Positions 48,729 to 61,046 of a DNA stretch of 64,000 bases are shown piece after piece. The stretch is from Leucoraja erinacea (lineage: Eukaryota), in NCBI RefSeq assembly GCF_028641065.1, contig NC_073403.1:31558001-31622000 (forward strand). The letters are read 5' to 3'. The number at the start of each line of letters is the position of its first letter. Position 1 is the stretch's first letter. The notes under the pieces were generated by a model. That model was not told where the DNA came from, did not search any database, and saw only the letters and a program-made list of their open reading frames with translations. A program made the position numbers and the translations under genes.

Positions 48729-51279
48729 GTAATGACATTTCTTTACAAATTTACAATATTACAAATTAAACCAATGGAAACAATGAAGTAGTGGGATCAT
48801 TTTCACCGGTCTATGTTTACATCCGAGTCATTTATATATACCTAGAATTGTAATTAATTTATTAGTCAAGTATGTAAACACACAAGGAATTTGATTTGCC
48901 AACAGTCATACAAAGAACATGTAAAACAATATGCAACAAGATACATAACCACATAAAAATTAAACATAGACTTAAACAGCCACCACAGCGGCATGTGAGA
49001 GTCCCCAGGGCACACAGCATAAGCAGAGGCCCACACCATCAGTTCAATGTCCGGGCCACACACACATGCTCCTTCACCGTGATGTGACCAGAGTTGTACC
49101 GACCGCTATCACTCTCTCTCTCTGCAGTCCCCTTCCGCCCGAACAGTCAGAAAGCCTCCATACTCGCACTGGACTCCGGGATGTTTTAATGTAGCAATAT
49201 CCCCGCAAACACCAAGATCACGGCACTCCCTCCGAGTCCTCACCAGTGCGGGCAGCACACCCTTGTTTTTTCGACCGCCTCACATTCCCCACTGTGATGG
49301 AAGGCAAATGTCTTATACCATCACATCATAATAGCAGTGCAACATAGATACCTGCAGAACTCCACTGGTCACAGACCACCAGACAGAATATCCTTCCCCC
49401 TGAACACTCTGTACTCTCTCAGTAAACCAGCTATGAATCCATACGACCATGTCACTGTTAATCCACTGCAGCTTAATCTTCTCGATCAGCCTACCATGTG
49501 GGCCTTTATCAAATGCCTCAGTAAAGTCCATGTCGACAACAACCACCACCCACCCTCATCGATCACCTTCGTCACCTCCTTAAAAAAACACAATCAAGTT
49601 AGCAAGATATGACCTGCTGCAAACAAAGCCATGTCGCACATTAACCCATTTTCTCCCAAATACGAGCAAACCCTATCCTGAAGAAATTTCTCCAATAGCT
49701 TCCCAGCCACTGACATGAGGCTCACCGGTCTAGATTCTTTCCATTCTTGAATAAAAGAATGACCCTCCAGCTACCCTTCAGTCTTCCGTGACCTCCCCAG
49801 AGAAGTTGCAAAGAACTTCATCAAGGCTCCTGCAATCTGCTCTCTTACCCCTTTTTCTAACCTGAGATAGATACCACCAGGTCCACTGAAAAGCTCTTCA
49901 AGACCCCAACACCATCTCTCTCAGTCTCAAACTGCCCTTGCATATTAGTATGTAGAAAGGAACTATAGATCCTGGTTTATACCGAAGGTAGACACAAAGT
50001 GCTGGAGTAACTCACCGGGTCAGGGTGCATCTCTGGAGAAACAGGATGGGTGACATTTGGTGTCTGACGAGGGATCTTGAAGAGATTAGTGTCAGTAAAT
50101 GAGTTCTTGTAAATGAGTAAATGTAGACAGTGGATCAAAGGCCCTGTTTGTATACTGTATCACTCTGGGGCCTTTGCCTTGCTGAAAGTAAGTGAGTGAA
50201 GGGATTAAAGGGACAATGAAACATTCATTAGACAGGTAATGCTGAAGCAGGTACTATCGCAAAGTTTAAGAAACATTGGGTTTCTGAAACACAAGTACAT
50301 GGGTAGGACTGGTTTAGAGGGATATGGGCCAAATTCAGGCAGATGGGATTAGTGTAGCTGGGACATGTTGGTCGGTGTGGGCAAGTTGGGCAGAAGGTCC
50401 TGTTCCCACACTGTATGACTCTGTGACTCTGCAGCCAAGAGAGGTGAGACATTACTGGAGAGGATGGAAGGAAGGAGCAAACTTGTACAAGAGATTGCAA
50501 TTGGAGGGATTGAGAGACGGAGCGAGGCATACCAGTTTTAGGGCATTGTTGAAAGAAGCAACATGCTAAACAGATTTAAATATAGGTATTATAATTGGAA
50601 GCATTTAGTGTTGGGGGGGGGGGGGGGTTTGTAACCCATCGAGGATAGGACCTGGGGGAGATTATGGGTGGCAGGGAGTCTGCAGGAAGTGTGACTATTG
50701 GGGGATGGGATTGGAAGAGTTGATGTTGGGTTTGGATGAGAAGTGCCTGAATCAGGCCATGTTGAAGGGGTCAGTGAAAGATCACAGAGTGACACGGCTG
50801 TGGGGAGTGGAAAGAGCCCAACTTGTTCAAACAATATGTCCGATTACAATCGGCTTGCTGTGGGAAAGTTGCAATTTACCTCTGAATCGTTCCATTTTCT
50901 ACATTCTATTTGACTAAATGCAGTCAAATGATATCTGAGATGGCAGAGGTAGAAAGATATGTTTTGTAATATCATAATTACTTAACAGAGTAGAAACAAA
51001 AATAATGAAATGGAGATATTTTGGATTTTTCCTGATTATTAAAATGAAATAGCAAATCCATGAATGTCGCAATGGATTGCAAACTGTGTCTGGAAAAGAT
51101 CAGTCGATTGATCAAACCTTCCCCCCCGACCAGGATAATTGAAGCAAATTGAGCAGATACCCCCCTCATTTAGCCCACCATATCTCTCTGATCTTCGCAC
51201 CTCCCTTCCCTCAGCTCTAAGGCAATCGTTTGGAAAAGGCCAACAGCATCTTTCACATTCTGTGTTGATCTTTGTACAG

Positions 51280-51384
51280 AAACAAGCTATTGGCCAGATT
51301 ATACCTGAATATACGGTTGAACTGAAAGGAGCAACAGTCGGATGGGCGACAAAGGACAAGTCGAGTAAAAAGAATGTGTTAGAG
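51280..51384 (+). CDS. ARHGAP27: ARHGAP27-like exon (phase 0-0), PH domain: KQAIGQIIPEYTVELKGATVGWATKDKSSKKNVLE
   Basis: Acceptor tctttgtacag, donor GAG|gtgaga, 105 nt; PEYTVELxGA and KDKSSKKNV family motifs. Confidence 0.94.
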
Positions 51385-51588
51385 GTGAGAGCAGAGATCT
51401 TTCATACAAGACACGCATGGAATTGATTTCTCAAGCTTCTTCTGAAAGAATCTGTGTTTTAGTTCTTCAATCGATCAGATCATGGAGTATTTTATAATGC
51501 ATTCTTTTCTCTCATTTCAGTAGAGGCATCGACATATTTAAATAATAGTTCTCTTACAAAACGAATGAAATCAGACATCCTTTGTTTA

Positions 51589-53740
51589 GAAACATAGAAA
51601 GTAGGTGCGAGAGCAGACCACCAGGTCCATCGAGCCCGCACCGCCATTCGCTCATGGCTGAACACTAAACAGACACACTTACCCACAAACAGTAGACACA
51701 AGACACAGAACACAAGACACTACCCTCCCCTTTATACCGCTATCACCCCTCTCCACCCCAAGAACCTCGTGATCTCCTGGGGGAGGCAAAAAACCGGATA
51801 AAAACCCAGGTCCAATTCGGGAAAAAAATCCGGGAAATTCCTCTCCGACCCCAATCTAGGCGATCGACAAATTGTCCAGGAGATCACTCGATCTCTTAAA
51901 CTAAACTAACTGCAGCTCTACTGTCCATATCCCTGCCCAAATAAATAGCCCCTTATCCCCTTGGCAGCTAAAAAAACCAAATCTATTTTAGTCTTAAGAT
52001 ATTTAAAGTTTCTGCTTCCACACTCCCTGGGGTGGTGAATCTCTGGAATTCCACCCTCTGGGTGAAGAAGTTCTTCCTCATCTCAGTTTTATAAGAGAGG
52101 GAGTTATTCTGGCAACTATGTCCCCTAGTTCTAGTTTCCCCCGATCATGGGAACAAGGCAGGTGCATCCACCCGATCAAGGAGTTCACGATCTTATATGT
52201 TTCAATGAGATCGCCTCTCATTCTTCTAAACTCCAAAGAGTAGAGTTCCAGCCTACTTAACCTTTCCTCATATGTCAATCCCCTCCCTCATTGCAGAATT
52301 ATTATTCTTGTAAACCTTTGCTGCACTGCCTCCAGGGCTAGTACATCCTTTCTTAAGTATGGACCCCAGAAAAAGTTACACAGTCATTCTTAATGTGGTC
52401 TCACTAATACTGTGAACAGCTGCAGCAAGACCTCCGTGTTTTTATAGGCAATCCCCCCAATAAAGGCCAAAACTCCATTGGCCTTGATGATGGCTGCTGC
52501 ACCTGCATACTAACTTACAGTGATTCATGTACTATACCCTCTAGATCCCCTTTGCGTTGCATTACACACGCAGCCCTCCTCATTTAGAAATGAACTTGCC
52601 CTATCTACCCTTTTTGGCAAAGAGAATGACTTCACATTTATTAGTATTAAATTTCATCTGCCAAGTTGTTGCCCACTCATCTAGCTTTCTATATCCTTTT
52701 GCAGACTCTTCCTATCTTCCTCATCCCCTACTTTTCCTCCCTTTTTTTTATCGCCCGAAAATTTTGTTTTATTACACTTGGTTCCTTGCTGCAATTCATT
52801 TTTATAAATTTTGAAAAACTGGGGTCCCAGCACCGACCCTTGCGGAACCCCGCTAGTTACCGGTTTATCCATCCCGAGTATGAACCATTTATCCCCACTC
52901 TCTGCTGGAATCCTATTTGTTAGCCAATCCTCTACCCTATGCTAATATATTACCCCCAATCCCATAATTTGTTATTTTTAGCAATTGTCTCTTATGTGGC
53001 ACCTTGTCAAAAGCCTTTTGGAAGTCCAAGTATACCACATCCACCGGTTCCCCTTTATCCACCCGGGTTGTTACTTCCTCAAAGAATTCGAGCAGATTCG
53101 TTAAACAGGACTTCCCCTTCACAAAACCATGCTGGTTCTGTCCGATGAAGTCATGTTTATCCAAGTGCCCCGTTAGTGTTTCTTTAATAATTGTCTCTAA
53201 CATTTTACCACCCACCGATGTTAGACTAACCGTCTATAGTTACCCGCCTTCTGTTTACTTCCTTTTTTTAAATATAGGTGTTACATTGGCCATTTTCCAA
53301 TCCCATGGGACCGTTCCTGCCTCCAGGGAGTTTTGGAAAATTATCACCAATGCATCCACAATCCCCACCGCTATCTCCCTCAAGACCCTCACAGTAATCC
53401 ATCTGGCCCCCAGGGATTTGTCCTCCTTCAGTCTCATTATTTTCCCTAATACCACCATCCTTGGTGATTTAATAGTATTTAGCTCCTCCATTCCTACCGC
53501 CCCCTGTTTATCCAGCGTTGGAATATTTTTGTGTCTTCTATGGTGAAGACTGATACAAAATACTCCTTTAATGCCTTTGCCATTTCCATGTTCCCCACCA
53601 ACAACTCTCCAGTCTCACCCTCCAATGGACCAACGTTCACTTTAGCCACCCTTTTTCTTTTTATATAGCTATAAAAACTCTTACTATTAGTTTTTATGTT
53701 GTTCGCTAAATTCCTTTCATAGTCTATTTTCCCCGTCTTC
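51589..53740 (-). mobile_element. 5'-truncated CR1 LINE (different subfamily, long 3' UTR), indel-rich
   Basis: [46 protein letters not shown] pieces; tail tttctatgtttc. Confidence 0.9.
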
Positions 53741-54105
53741 ATCAGTATTTTCCCCAGCATCACCTCCAACCTGAACCTTTCTGCCATTCTCACTGAGCGG
53801 CATGTCCAAACTCTGGTTGAATATTCTGCTGTTAATTTCCATGATTAGCATCATTTTATGTAGACAACTGAAGCTACAAAATGACTGATGCGTGTATGAA
53901 GAATCGTACACTTCAGTATAGTGGTTAGCAGGCAACAAAACATTTTCACTGTATCTCAGTACACGTAAACGCGGTAAACTAAACAGGAACTGAACTGTTT
54001 CCATCAAATCCAAACTGTCCTCGATCTCTAAAACTAAAACTACCTGCAGCTCTACTGTGCTACCCATTCATTTTATTGCAAATAAATAGCAAGATCATTC
54101 TCTTC

Positions 54106-54396
54106 CCTTAAGGATAAGGGGGAAATCCTTTAAAACCGAGATGAGAAAAACTTTTTTCACACAGAGAGTGGTGAATCTCTGGAACTCTCTGCCACAGAGG
54201 GTAGTTGAGGCCAGTTCATTGGCTATATTTAAGAGGGAGTTAGATGTGGCCCTTGTGGCTAAGGGGATCAGAGGGTATGGAGAGAAGGCAGGTACAGGAT
54301 ACTGAGTTGGATGATCAGCCATGATCGCATTGAATGGCGGTGCAGGCTCGAAGGGCCTAATGGCCTACTCCTGCACCTAATTTCTATGTTTCTATG
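54106..54396 (+). mobile_element. CR1 3' end of the same young subfamily as 5078-6336 and 7555-8820, nested beside an older minus-strand CR1 (about 54400-55105)
   Basis: Near-identical to 8533-8820. Confidence 0.9.
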
Positions 54397-55155
54397 TAAA
54401 TCCACCCAGTGATTTGGCCACCTTTGCCCTCTGTGGCATGGTATTCCACAAATTCACAACTCTCTGGGTGAAAAAGTTTTTTTTCTCACCTCAGTCTTAA
54501 ATGTCCTCCCCTTTATTCTAAGACTGCGGCCCCTGGTTCTGGACTCACCTGACATTGGGAACATTTTTCCTGCATCTTGCTTGTCCAGTCCTTTTATCAT
54601 TTTATATTTTTCTATAAGATCCAGCATCTTTCCCACCACTGAAGTTAGGCTAACTGGTCTGTAATTCTCCGTTTTCTATCACTCGCTCCTTTCTTGAAAA
54701 GTGGGAAACATTAGCTATCCTCCAATCTTCAGGAACTGATCCTGAGTCTATTTAATATTGGAAAATGATAACCAATGCATCCACTATTTCTAGAGCCACC
54801 TCCCTGAGGAACCTGGGATGCAGACCATCCGGCCCTGGGGATTTATCCTCCTTCAGACCCATTAGCCTACCCAATACTATTTCTCGCCTAATGAAAATTT
54901 CTTTCAGTTCCACTACCCCCTTAGATCCTCTGTCCTCCAGTACATCTGGGAGATTGTTTGTGTTTTCCTTAGTGAAGACAGATCCGAAGTACCTGTTCAA
55001 CTCATTTGCTATTTCCTTGTTCCCCATAATAATTTCACCCGTGTCTGCCTTCAAGGGTCCCACATTTGACTTTGCTAATCTTTTTCCCCTTAACATACCT
55101 AAAGACTTAACAAATCTCATAACAATGTATTAACAATACTCTCCTTGATTTTCAG

Positions 55156-55254
55156 TTGAAAACAAGAGGAGGTTCAGAGTACCTCATACAATATGACATA
55201 GACTCTGTCATTGGAGACTGGTATAAGATGATCAATGAGTGTATCCTCCAAACG
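55156..55254 (+). CDS. ARHGAP27: ARHGAP27-like exon (phase 0-0), end of PH domain: LKTRGGSEYLIQYDIDSVIGDWYKMINECILQT
   Basis: Acceptor ctccttgattttcag, donor ACG|gtatgt, 99 nt; GSEYLIQ motif and the conserved Trp of the PH C-terminal helix. Confidence 0.93.
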
Positions 55255-55756
55255 GTATGTGCCTGGAAATGAAACAAAATTATACTTGTGATTGATATTG
55301 TTTTAGAGATGGAAATGGAAACAAGCCCTTCAGCCACTGAGTCCACGCTGACTATCAGCCACCCATTCACGCTAGTTCTAAGTTATTCCACTTTCACACT
55401 CACTCCCAATATAATAGGGCAATTTACGTAGGCCAATTAACCCACACGTATTTGGGATGTGGGTGGAATCTGGAACAGCTGGTGAAAACCCTCTGGCCCT
55501 GTGAGACAGCAGCTCTACCAGCTGCATCATTATGTAACAATAATATTCAGTGGGGTCGTAAAAATGGTACTGCCTCGCAGCGCCAGAGACCCGGGCTAGA
55601 TTCTGACCTTGGGTACTGTCTGTGGACTTTGCGTATTCTCAAGGGTTTTCCCCAGGTGCTCCAGTTTCCTCCCAAATGCCAAAGACGTGTGGGTTAGTAG
55701 GCCTCTGTAAATTGCCCCCAGTTTATAGGGAGTGGATACAATATGATAGAACTGTA

Positions 55757-56738
55757 TTTATCCCAGGAGGGGAATTGATCTGCCAACAGTCATAAAAACA
55801 CTAAATACATGAAACATGAAATTAACGTGATGAGTGAAAAGGCTTGAGCGATGTGCAAAGATTGGGGATGGTGGGGAAAGGGAGGGGAGTCAGTCTCAGT
55901 CTACCCCACGACAGAAGGGGGGTGGGGGTGGGAGTTGTACAGTTTGTTAGCCACAGGGAAGAAGGATCTCCTGCGGCATTCTATCCTGCATCTTGGTGGA
56001 ACTAGTCTGTTGCTGAAGGTGCTCCTCAGGTTGGCCAGTGTGTCATGGAGGGGGGGAGCTGTATTGTCCAGGATGCTCCACAGTTTGAGGAGTAACCTCC
56101 CCTCCAAGACCAACCTCCCATGAATCCAACTCCATTCCCAGGGGGGAGCCAGCCTTCCTGATGAGTTTGTTGATCCTATTGGCATCCGCAGCCTTCGCCC
56201 TGCTGCCCCAGCACATGGCAGGGAAGAAGATGGCACTGGCACTGTCCCTTCTTGTACAGGGCCTCAACGTTCCTGGACCAGTCCAGTTTACTGTCCAGGT
56301 ACACTCGAAGGTATTTGCACTTCTTAGTAAACTGCACATCCACACCATTGATGGAGACAGGGGACAGGGGTGTTCCTCTCCTCCTAAAGTCCACCACCAA
56401 CTCCTTAGACTTGTCAGTGTTGAGCTGCAGGTGAATCAGCCCACACCACTCACCAAAGTCGTGGACTACTCCTCTGTATTCAGCTCCCCCTCCCCCTCCC
56501 CCCTCACTGATGCAGCGCACAATTGCAGAGTCACCTGAAAACATCTGCAGGTGGCAGGAGACGGAACTATATCTGAAGTCCAAGGTGTGGATGGCAAACA
56601 GGAAGGGAGAGAGGACCGTCCCCTGTGGGGCCCCGGTGCTGTTCACCACCATGTCCGAGACACAGTTCTGTTGCCTGGCATATTGAGGTAGTTGGTGATC
56701 CAGGACACCAATGGAGCACCCACCCGCATCTACGTCGG
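55757..56738 (-). mobile_element. Degenerate Rex1/Babar-like LINE 3' part
   Basis: STGAPQGTVLSPFLF, LQLNTDKSKELVVDFRR, YLDSKLDWSRN, PRCRIECRRRSFFP. Confidence 0.85.
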
Positions 56739-56984
56739 AGAATGTAGAATAACATAGATCTAGTGTAAACGGGTGATTGATGGTCAGTGTGGACTCTGTG
56801 GCTGAAGGGCCGGTTTCCATGCTGTATCTCTAAACTAATAATGGGTATTACTTGCCCCAGAGATGGAGGGGAGTCTCCAACCTCCAAACTGCAGCCCAAA
56901 TGGGCAGATGATCAGATGGTGAAGGAACTCCCAAAGTGTTGTTTTATCATTTTGATCAAACAATAAATCAATGTGCTGTAGCAC

Positions 56985-57588
56985 AGCTTGTGTATTGTGG
57001 TGTGTCCATGCATCTGCTGTGTTGCAGCAGCTTGTGCATTGTGGTGTGTCCATGCATCTGTTGCATTGCAGCAGCTTGTGCATTGTGGTGTGTCCATGCA
57101 TCTGCTGTGTTGCAGCAGCTTGTGTATTGTGGTGTGTCCATGCATCTGTTGTGTTGCAGCAGCTTGTGTATTGTGGTGTGTCCATGCATCTGCTGTGTTG
57201 CAGCAGCTTGTGTATTGTGGTGTGTCCATGCATCTGTTGTTTTGCAGCAGCTTGTGTATTGTGGTGTGTCCATGCATCTGTTGTATTGCAGCAGCTTGTG
57301 TATTGTGGTGTGTCCATGCATCTGTTGTTTTGCAGCAGCTTGTGTATTGTGGTGTGTCCATGCATCTGTTGTATTGCAGCAGCTTGTGTATTGTGGTGTG
57401 TCCATGCATCTGCTGTGTTGCAGCAGCTTGTGTATTGTGGTGTGTCCATGCATCTGTTGTATTGCAGCAGCTTGTGTATTGTGGTGTGTCCATGCAGCTG
57501 TGTTGCAGCAGCTTGTGTATTGTGGTGTGTCCATGCATCTGTTGTATTGCAGCAGCTTGTGCATTGTGGTGTGTCCATGCATCTGCTG
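56985..57588. repeat. 44-bp minisatellite, about 14 copies (gcagcagcttgtgtattgtggtgtgtccatgcatctgttgtatt)
   Basis: Direct inspection: unit recurs at 56987, 57031 and onward with few variant positions. Confidence 0.97.
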
Positions 57589-57896
57589 CCCTCGTACCCC
57601 TGGTGTTTTGATGTCTGACACTTTGGATGGAAATTTCTTTCTGAACGATTTTCCGGTTTTAGGAGTTTTAGACTAAATGTCTGTTTCTTCCCATTTATTT
57701 ACTACTATCTCCATATATCATGTGTTGTGGCTTTGTTTGTCTGTTGTTGATGAAATATGAAAATGGGTCTGCAAATACAAAAAGTATTCTCAATCAAGCT
57801 TCTACTCTGATTGCTTCCTGGAAACTTCGAGAGTGTTCAGAACAGGCTCTTTACTCTGCAAACGTTGCATGGTTAATCTTTTTGTTTCCCTTCAAG

Positions 57897-57993
57897 ATGG
57901 ACCCAGTGAACACAGAAGAGGTTGACTCTCCTTATGACATAGCCGTTCCAGAGAGGCTCAACAACAAAGAGAAGGAGGAGAAGCGAAATCGCT
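57897..57993 (+). CDS. ARHGAP27: ARHGAP27-like exon (phase 0-1), PH-GAP linker: MDPVNTEEVDSPYDIAVPERLNNKEKEEKRNR
   Basis: Acceptor tttgtttcccttcaag, donor CT|gtaagt, 97 nt; phase matches the next exon. Confidence 0.85.
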
Positions 57994-58250
57994 GTAAGTC
58001 TCTGCATTACTTTGAAATGTTATCAGAATGATGCAGATGTCCAATATCAATAGCACTGAGCTAAATAATTGACCAAAGAAAAGTAGTTACAGGTTCTTGG
58101 TACTGGAGTGCTGATTAGTTCATGATAAATTAGGCTGATCAGCATAGTTTTGTTAAGGGGAGGTCTTGTTTGACCAATTTGTTGGAATTATTTGAAGCAA
58201 TAAATGGCAGGACAGACAAGGAGTGTCGGTGGATATTGTTTACCTATATT

Positions 58251-60390
58251 TAGGAACGTTACAAAATTTTGAGATTTTAAAAATTAAGCATGTAATTTAT
58301 CCCATCAGATAAAGCATAAAAATAAGTTTAACTTGATACCTAATTAATTTTCATATCTTCAGTATTAAAAAAGTTATGGTCATTTTCATACCCGGAAATT
58401 AGCATCTTGTTCCCTATTGCTTTTCCATTGACTTAACTCAAAAACTGTGATTGAGGACATCAATTGACATAAAAGCCCATAACTTTCTTAAAAATTCAGG
58501 GAACTAAATGAAAATGTCAGTTATTATAGATTGAAGCATTCTGAAACAGATATGAAACATCTTACTTGGATGACCTGAAATTAAAGCATATAATTAGTTA
58601 GTTACCTAATTGTAGCTAATTACAAAATTGACAGTTGTGACGGAAATAGTAATAAACACCCAGACTGTTTGAAAATCCAAAAATGTGATATTCTCAATAT
58701 CATCTTTAATATTATTGTATTATATGCTGCAAGTCCGTAACAGATAAGTAAAGAAATTACAATTTCTAGCAAAAGACCAAGTCTTTATGGAGAAGATCAG
58801 GTACTAGCTGGTACATTGGCATATCATAATCAGTAGCATCATCATATTCCTCAGATTGTAACCAATAAGCAACTCTATACACCTTGTTTTTCCTCAACTT
58901 TTCAATTTTGGCATTATAACCATATAACAATTACAGCACGGAAAAAGGCCATCTCGACCCTTCTAGTCCATGCAACACATAATCTCCCCTAGTCCCATAT
59001 ACCTGCGCTCAGACCATAACCCTCCATTCCCTTCCCATCCATATAACTATCCAATTTATTTTTAAATGATAAAAACGAACCTGCCTCCACCACCTTCACT
59101 GGAAGCTCATTCCACACAGCTACCACTCTCTGAGTAAAGAAGTTCCCCCTCATGTTACCCCTAAACTTCAGTCCCTTAATTCTCATGTCATGTCCCCTTG
59201 TTTGAATCTTCCCTACTCTCAGTGGGAAAAGCTTTTCCATGTCAACTCTGTCTATCCCTCTCATCATTTTAAAAACCTCTATCAAGTCCCCTCTTAACCT
59301 TCTGCGCTCCAAAGAATAAAGCCCTAACTTGTTCAACCTTTCTCTGTAACTTAGTTGCTGAAACCCAGGCAACATTCTAGTAAATCTCCTCTGTACTCTC
59401 TCTATTTTGTTGACATCCTTCCTATAATTAGGCGACCAAAATTGTACACCATACTCCAGAATTGGCCTCACCATTGCCTTGTACAATTTTAACATTACAC
59501 CCCAACTTCTATACTCAATTCTATACTTGTAAACTACAAGTTTTTGCTCTTCAAACTACGCATGACATGCCTTTCTGCCCACTACTTTCCCATTAAGAAT
59601 GTGCTGTAGATCATCACATTATAGTAGTCCAAATTCAGATAATCTCTACGAATGTTGTCTCTTTTGCTGGGCATTTGGATTGACAATTTTGCATTTCTTC
59701 TTCGGAAACATCTGTTTAAAATGTAAAGAAAAAGCACTGAACAGCAGTAACAGAAACAAATTGTTATTTGCAGTTTTGGAAAAAAAGGTAGAAATTATAA
59801 AGTTAAACGCTAAAACAAATAGTAAATACCCAACAAAAAATTCATATTCTCATATTCATCAGTTTCATCTAAATTCAATGACTAGATCTAAACATCTATC
59901 CATTTCTTAAGAAAAGGCTAACATTTTTAAAAAGCCTAAGTATCCAAATAACAAATAACAAACTGATCCCATTCACACAAGAATTCACAATATAACATGA
60001 TTTTTAAATCTCACTTTGTCATGAATTTATATGCCAAATGGAAGGTGTTTAATGTTTAATTCCCATAAATTAATCCAGAAACATCCACTCTCAAGATAAT
60101 CAAAATAATTATTTATTGCACAATACATCTAACTAAAACTGTACTGTGGATATTTAGTAGGAAAATATTGATCATGGATAGACAATAACAAAAAATATAG
60201 ATGATTTAGATGTTCTTATGACATGATTGTGCAATAAAATAATGAATTTTTGATTATCTTGAGAGTGGATGTTTCTGGCATGTGACCGATTGGAATGTTG
60301 CCATTGCCATAGATTTTAAGCCCATATTGGCAGGCAAGCCACACCAAAAAGCAAGATAATATGTTAAATAAACGACATACCTTTCATTTT
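58251..60390. mobile_element. Longer relative of the 1229-2269 DNA transposon, interrupted by a CR1; right end not identified
   Basis: Left end taggaacgttacaaaattttgag and about 370 bp align to 1229-1600; homology resumes near 59870-60330. Confidence 0.75.
58914..59520 (-). mobile_element. CR1 LINE 3' end
   Basis: ORF 58989-59495 LYKAMVRPILEYGVQFWSP...FFTQRVVAVWN; tail (gttatatg)n. Confidence 0.92.
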
Positions 60391-60655
60391 GTCCTGCACT
60401 TGCAATCCGTGATATCAAAGGGGGGGGGGGGGGGGGGGGGGACTCATCAAAATGTACCGAATAGTGAAAGGCTTGGATAGAGTGGATGTGGGGAGAGCAC
60501 ACACAGTACTCCAGTGAAAGGGAAAATATGGGAATGATTGCTACTGTCCTACACCTTGGGGTTGGAGTGTATATCAATTTTGAATGTAGTTCAATTCCCG
60601 CTCAATTCTATTTCCATAAGATTAACAGATACGTCTATATGTCAGTTATTATGTA

Positions 60656-61046
60656 TCTATCTATATTTAAAACTGTGTGTGTGCGTGTGTGCCAACAACA
60701 CCAGACACAGAAACGTCGCAATTTTTTCCATTTCGGTAGAGATTTCACTTTTCATTCCAAGTATCCACTCCTGATTAAATTTCGTCATGTTTATGTACAC
60801 ATTTTTAATAAAATCCTCTCTCTCCCCCCCCCCCCCCCCCCCCACCCCCCCCCCCCCCCCCCCCTTCACTAATTTTGTCGCCTCCTGCTGGCCAGCGACC
60901 ATAACGGCTACTGCCGCCATTTAGAAACAGCCGCACTGCTGAGTGCTGGAATCTTATGTTTGGGAACAGCTTGAGTTGGAGGACCACATCTCCCGTGGGG
61001 CTTACGGATAGGGAACGGCTGCGTTGGGGGTCTGCATTTGGTCTAG
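60656..61046 (+). mobile_element. Probable non-autonomous Helitron
   Basis: 5' a|TCTATCTATATTTAAAA followed by (tg)n, 3' GGTCTAG|t, no TSD, A/T insertion site; subterminal hairpin not clearly intact. Confidence 0.55.

Noticed and set aside
56835-57676. Six overlapping 207-247 aa Cys/His-rich ORFs; also a superficially CRISPR-like array
   Set aside because: They are translations of a stop-free 44-bp tandem repeat; there are no unique spacers or cas genes and the DNA is vertebrate
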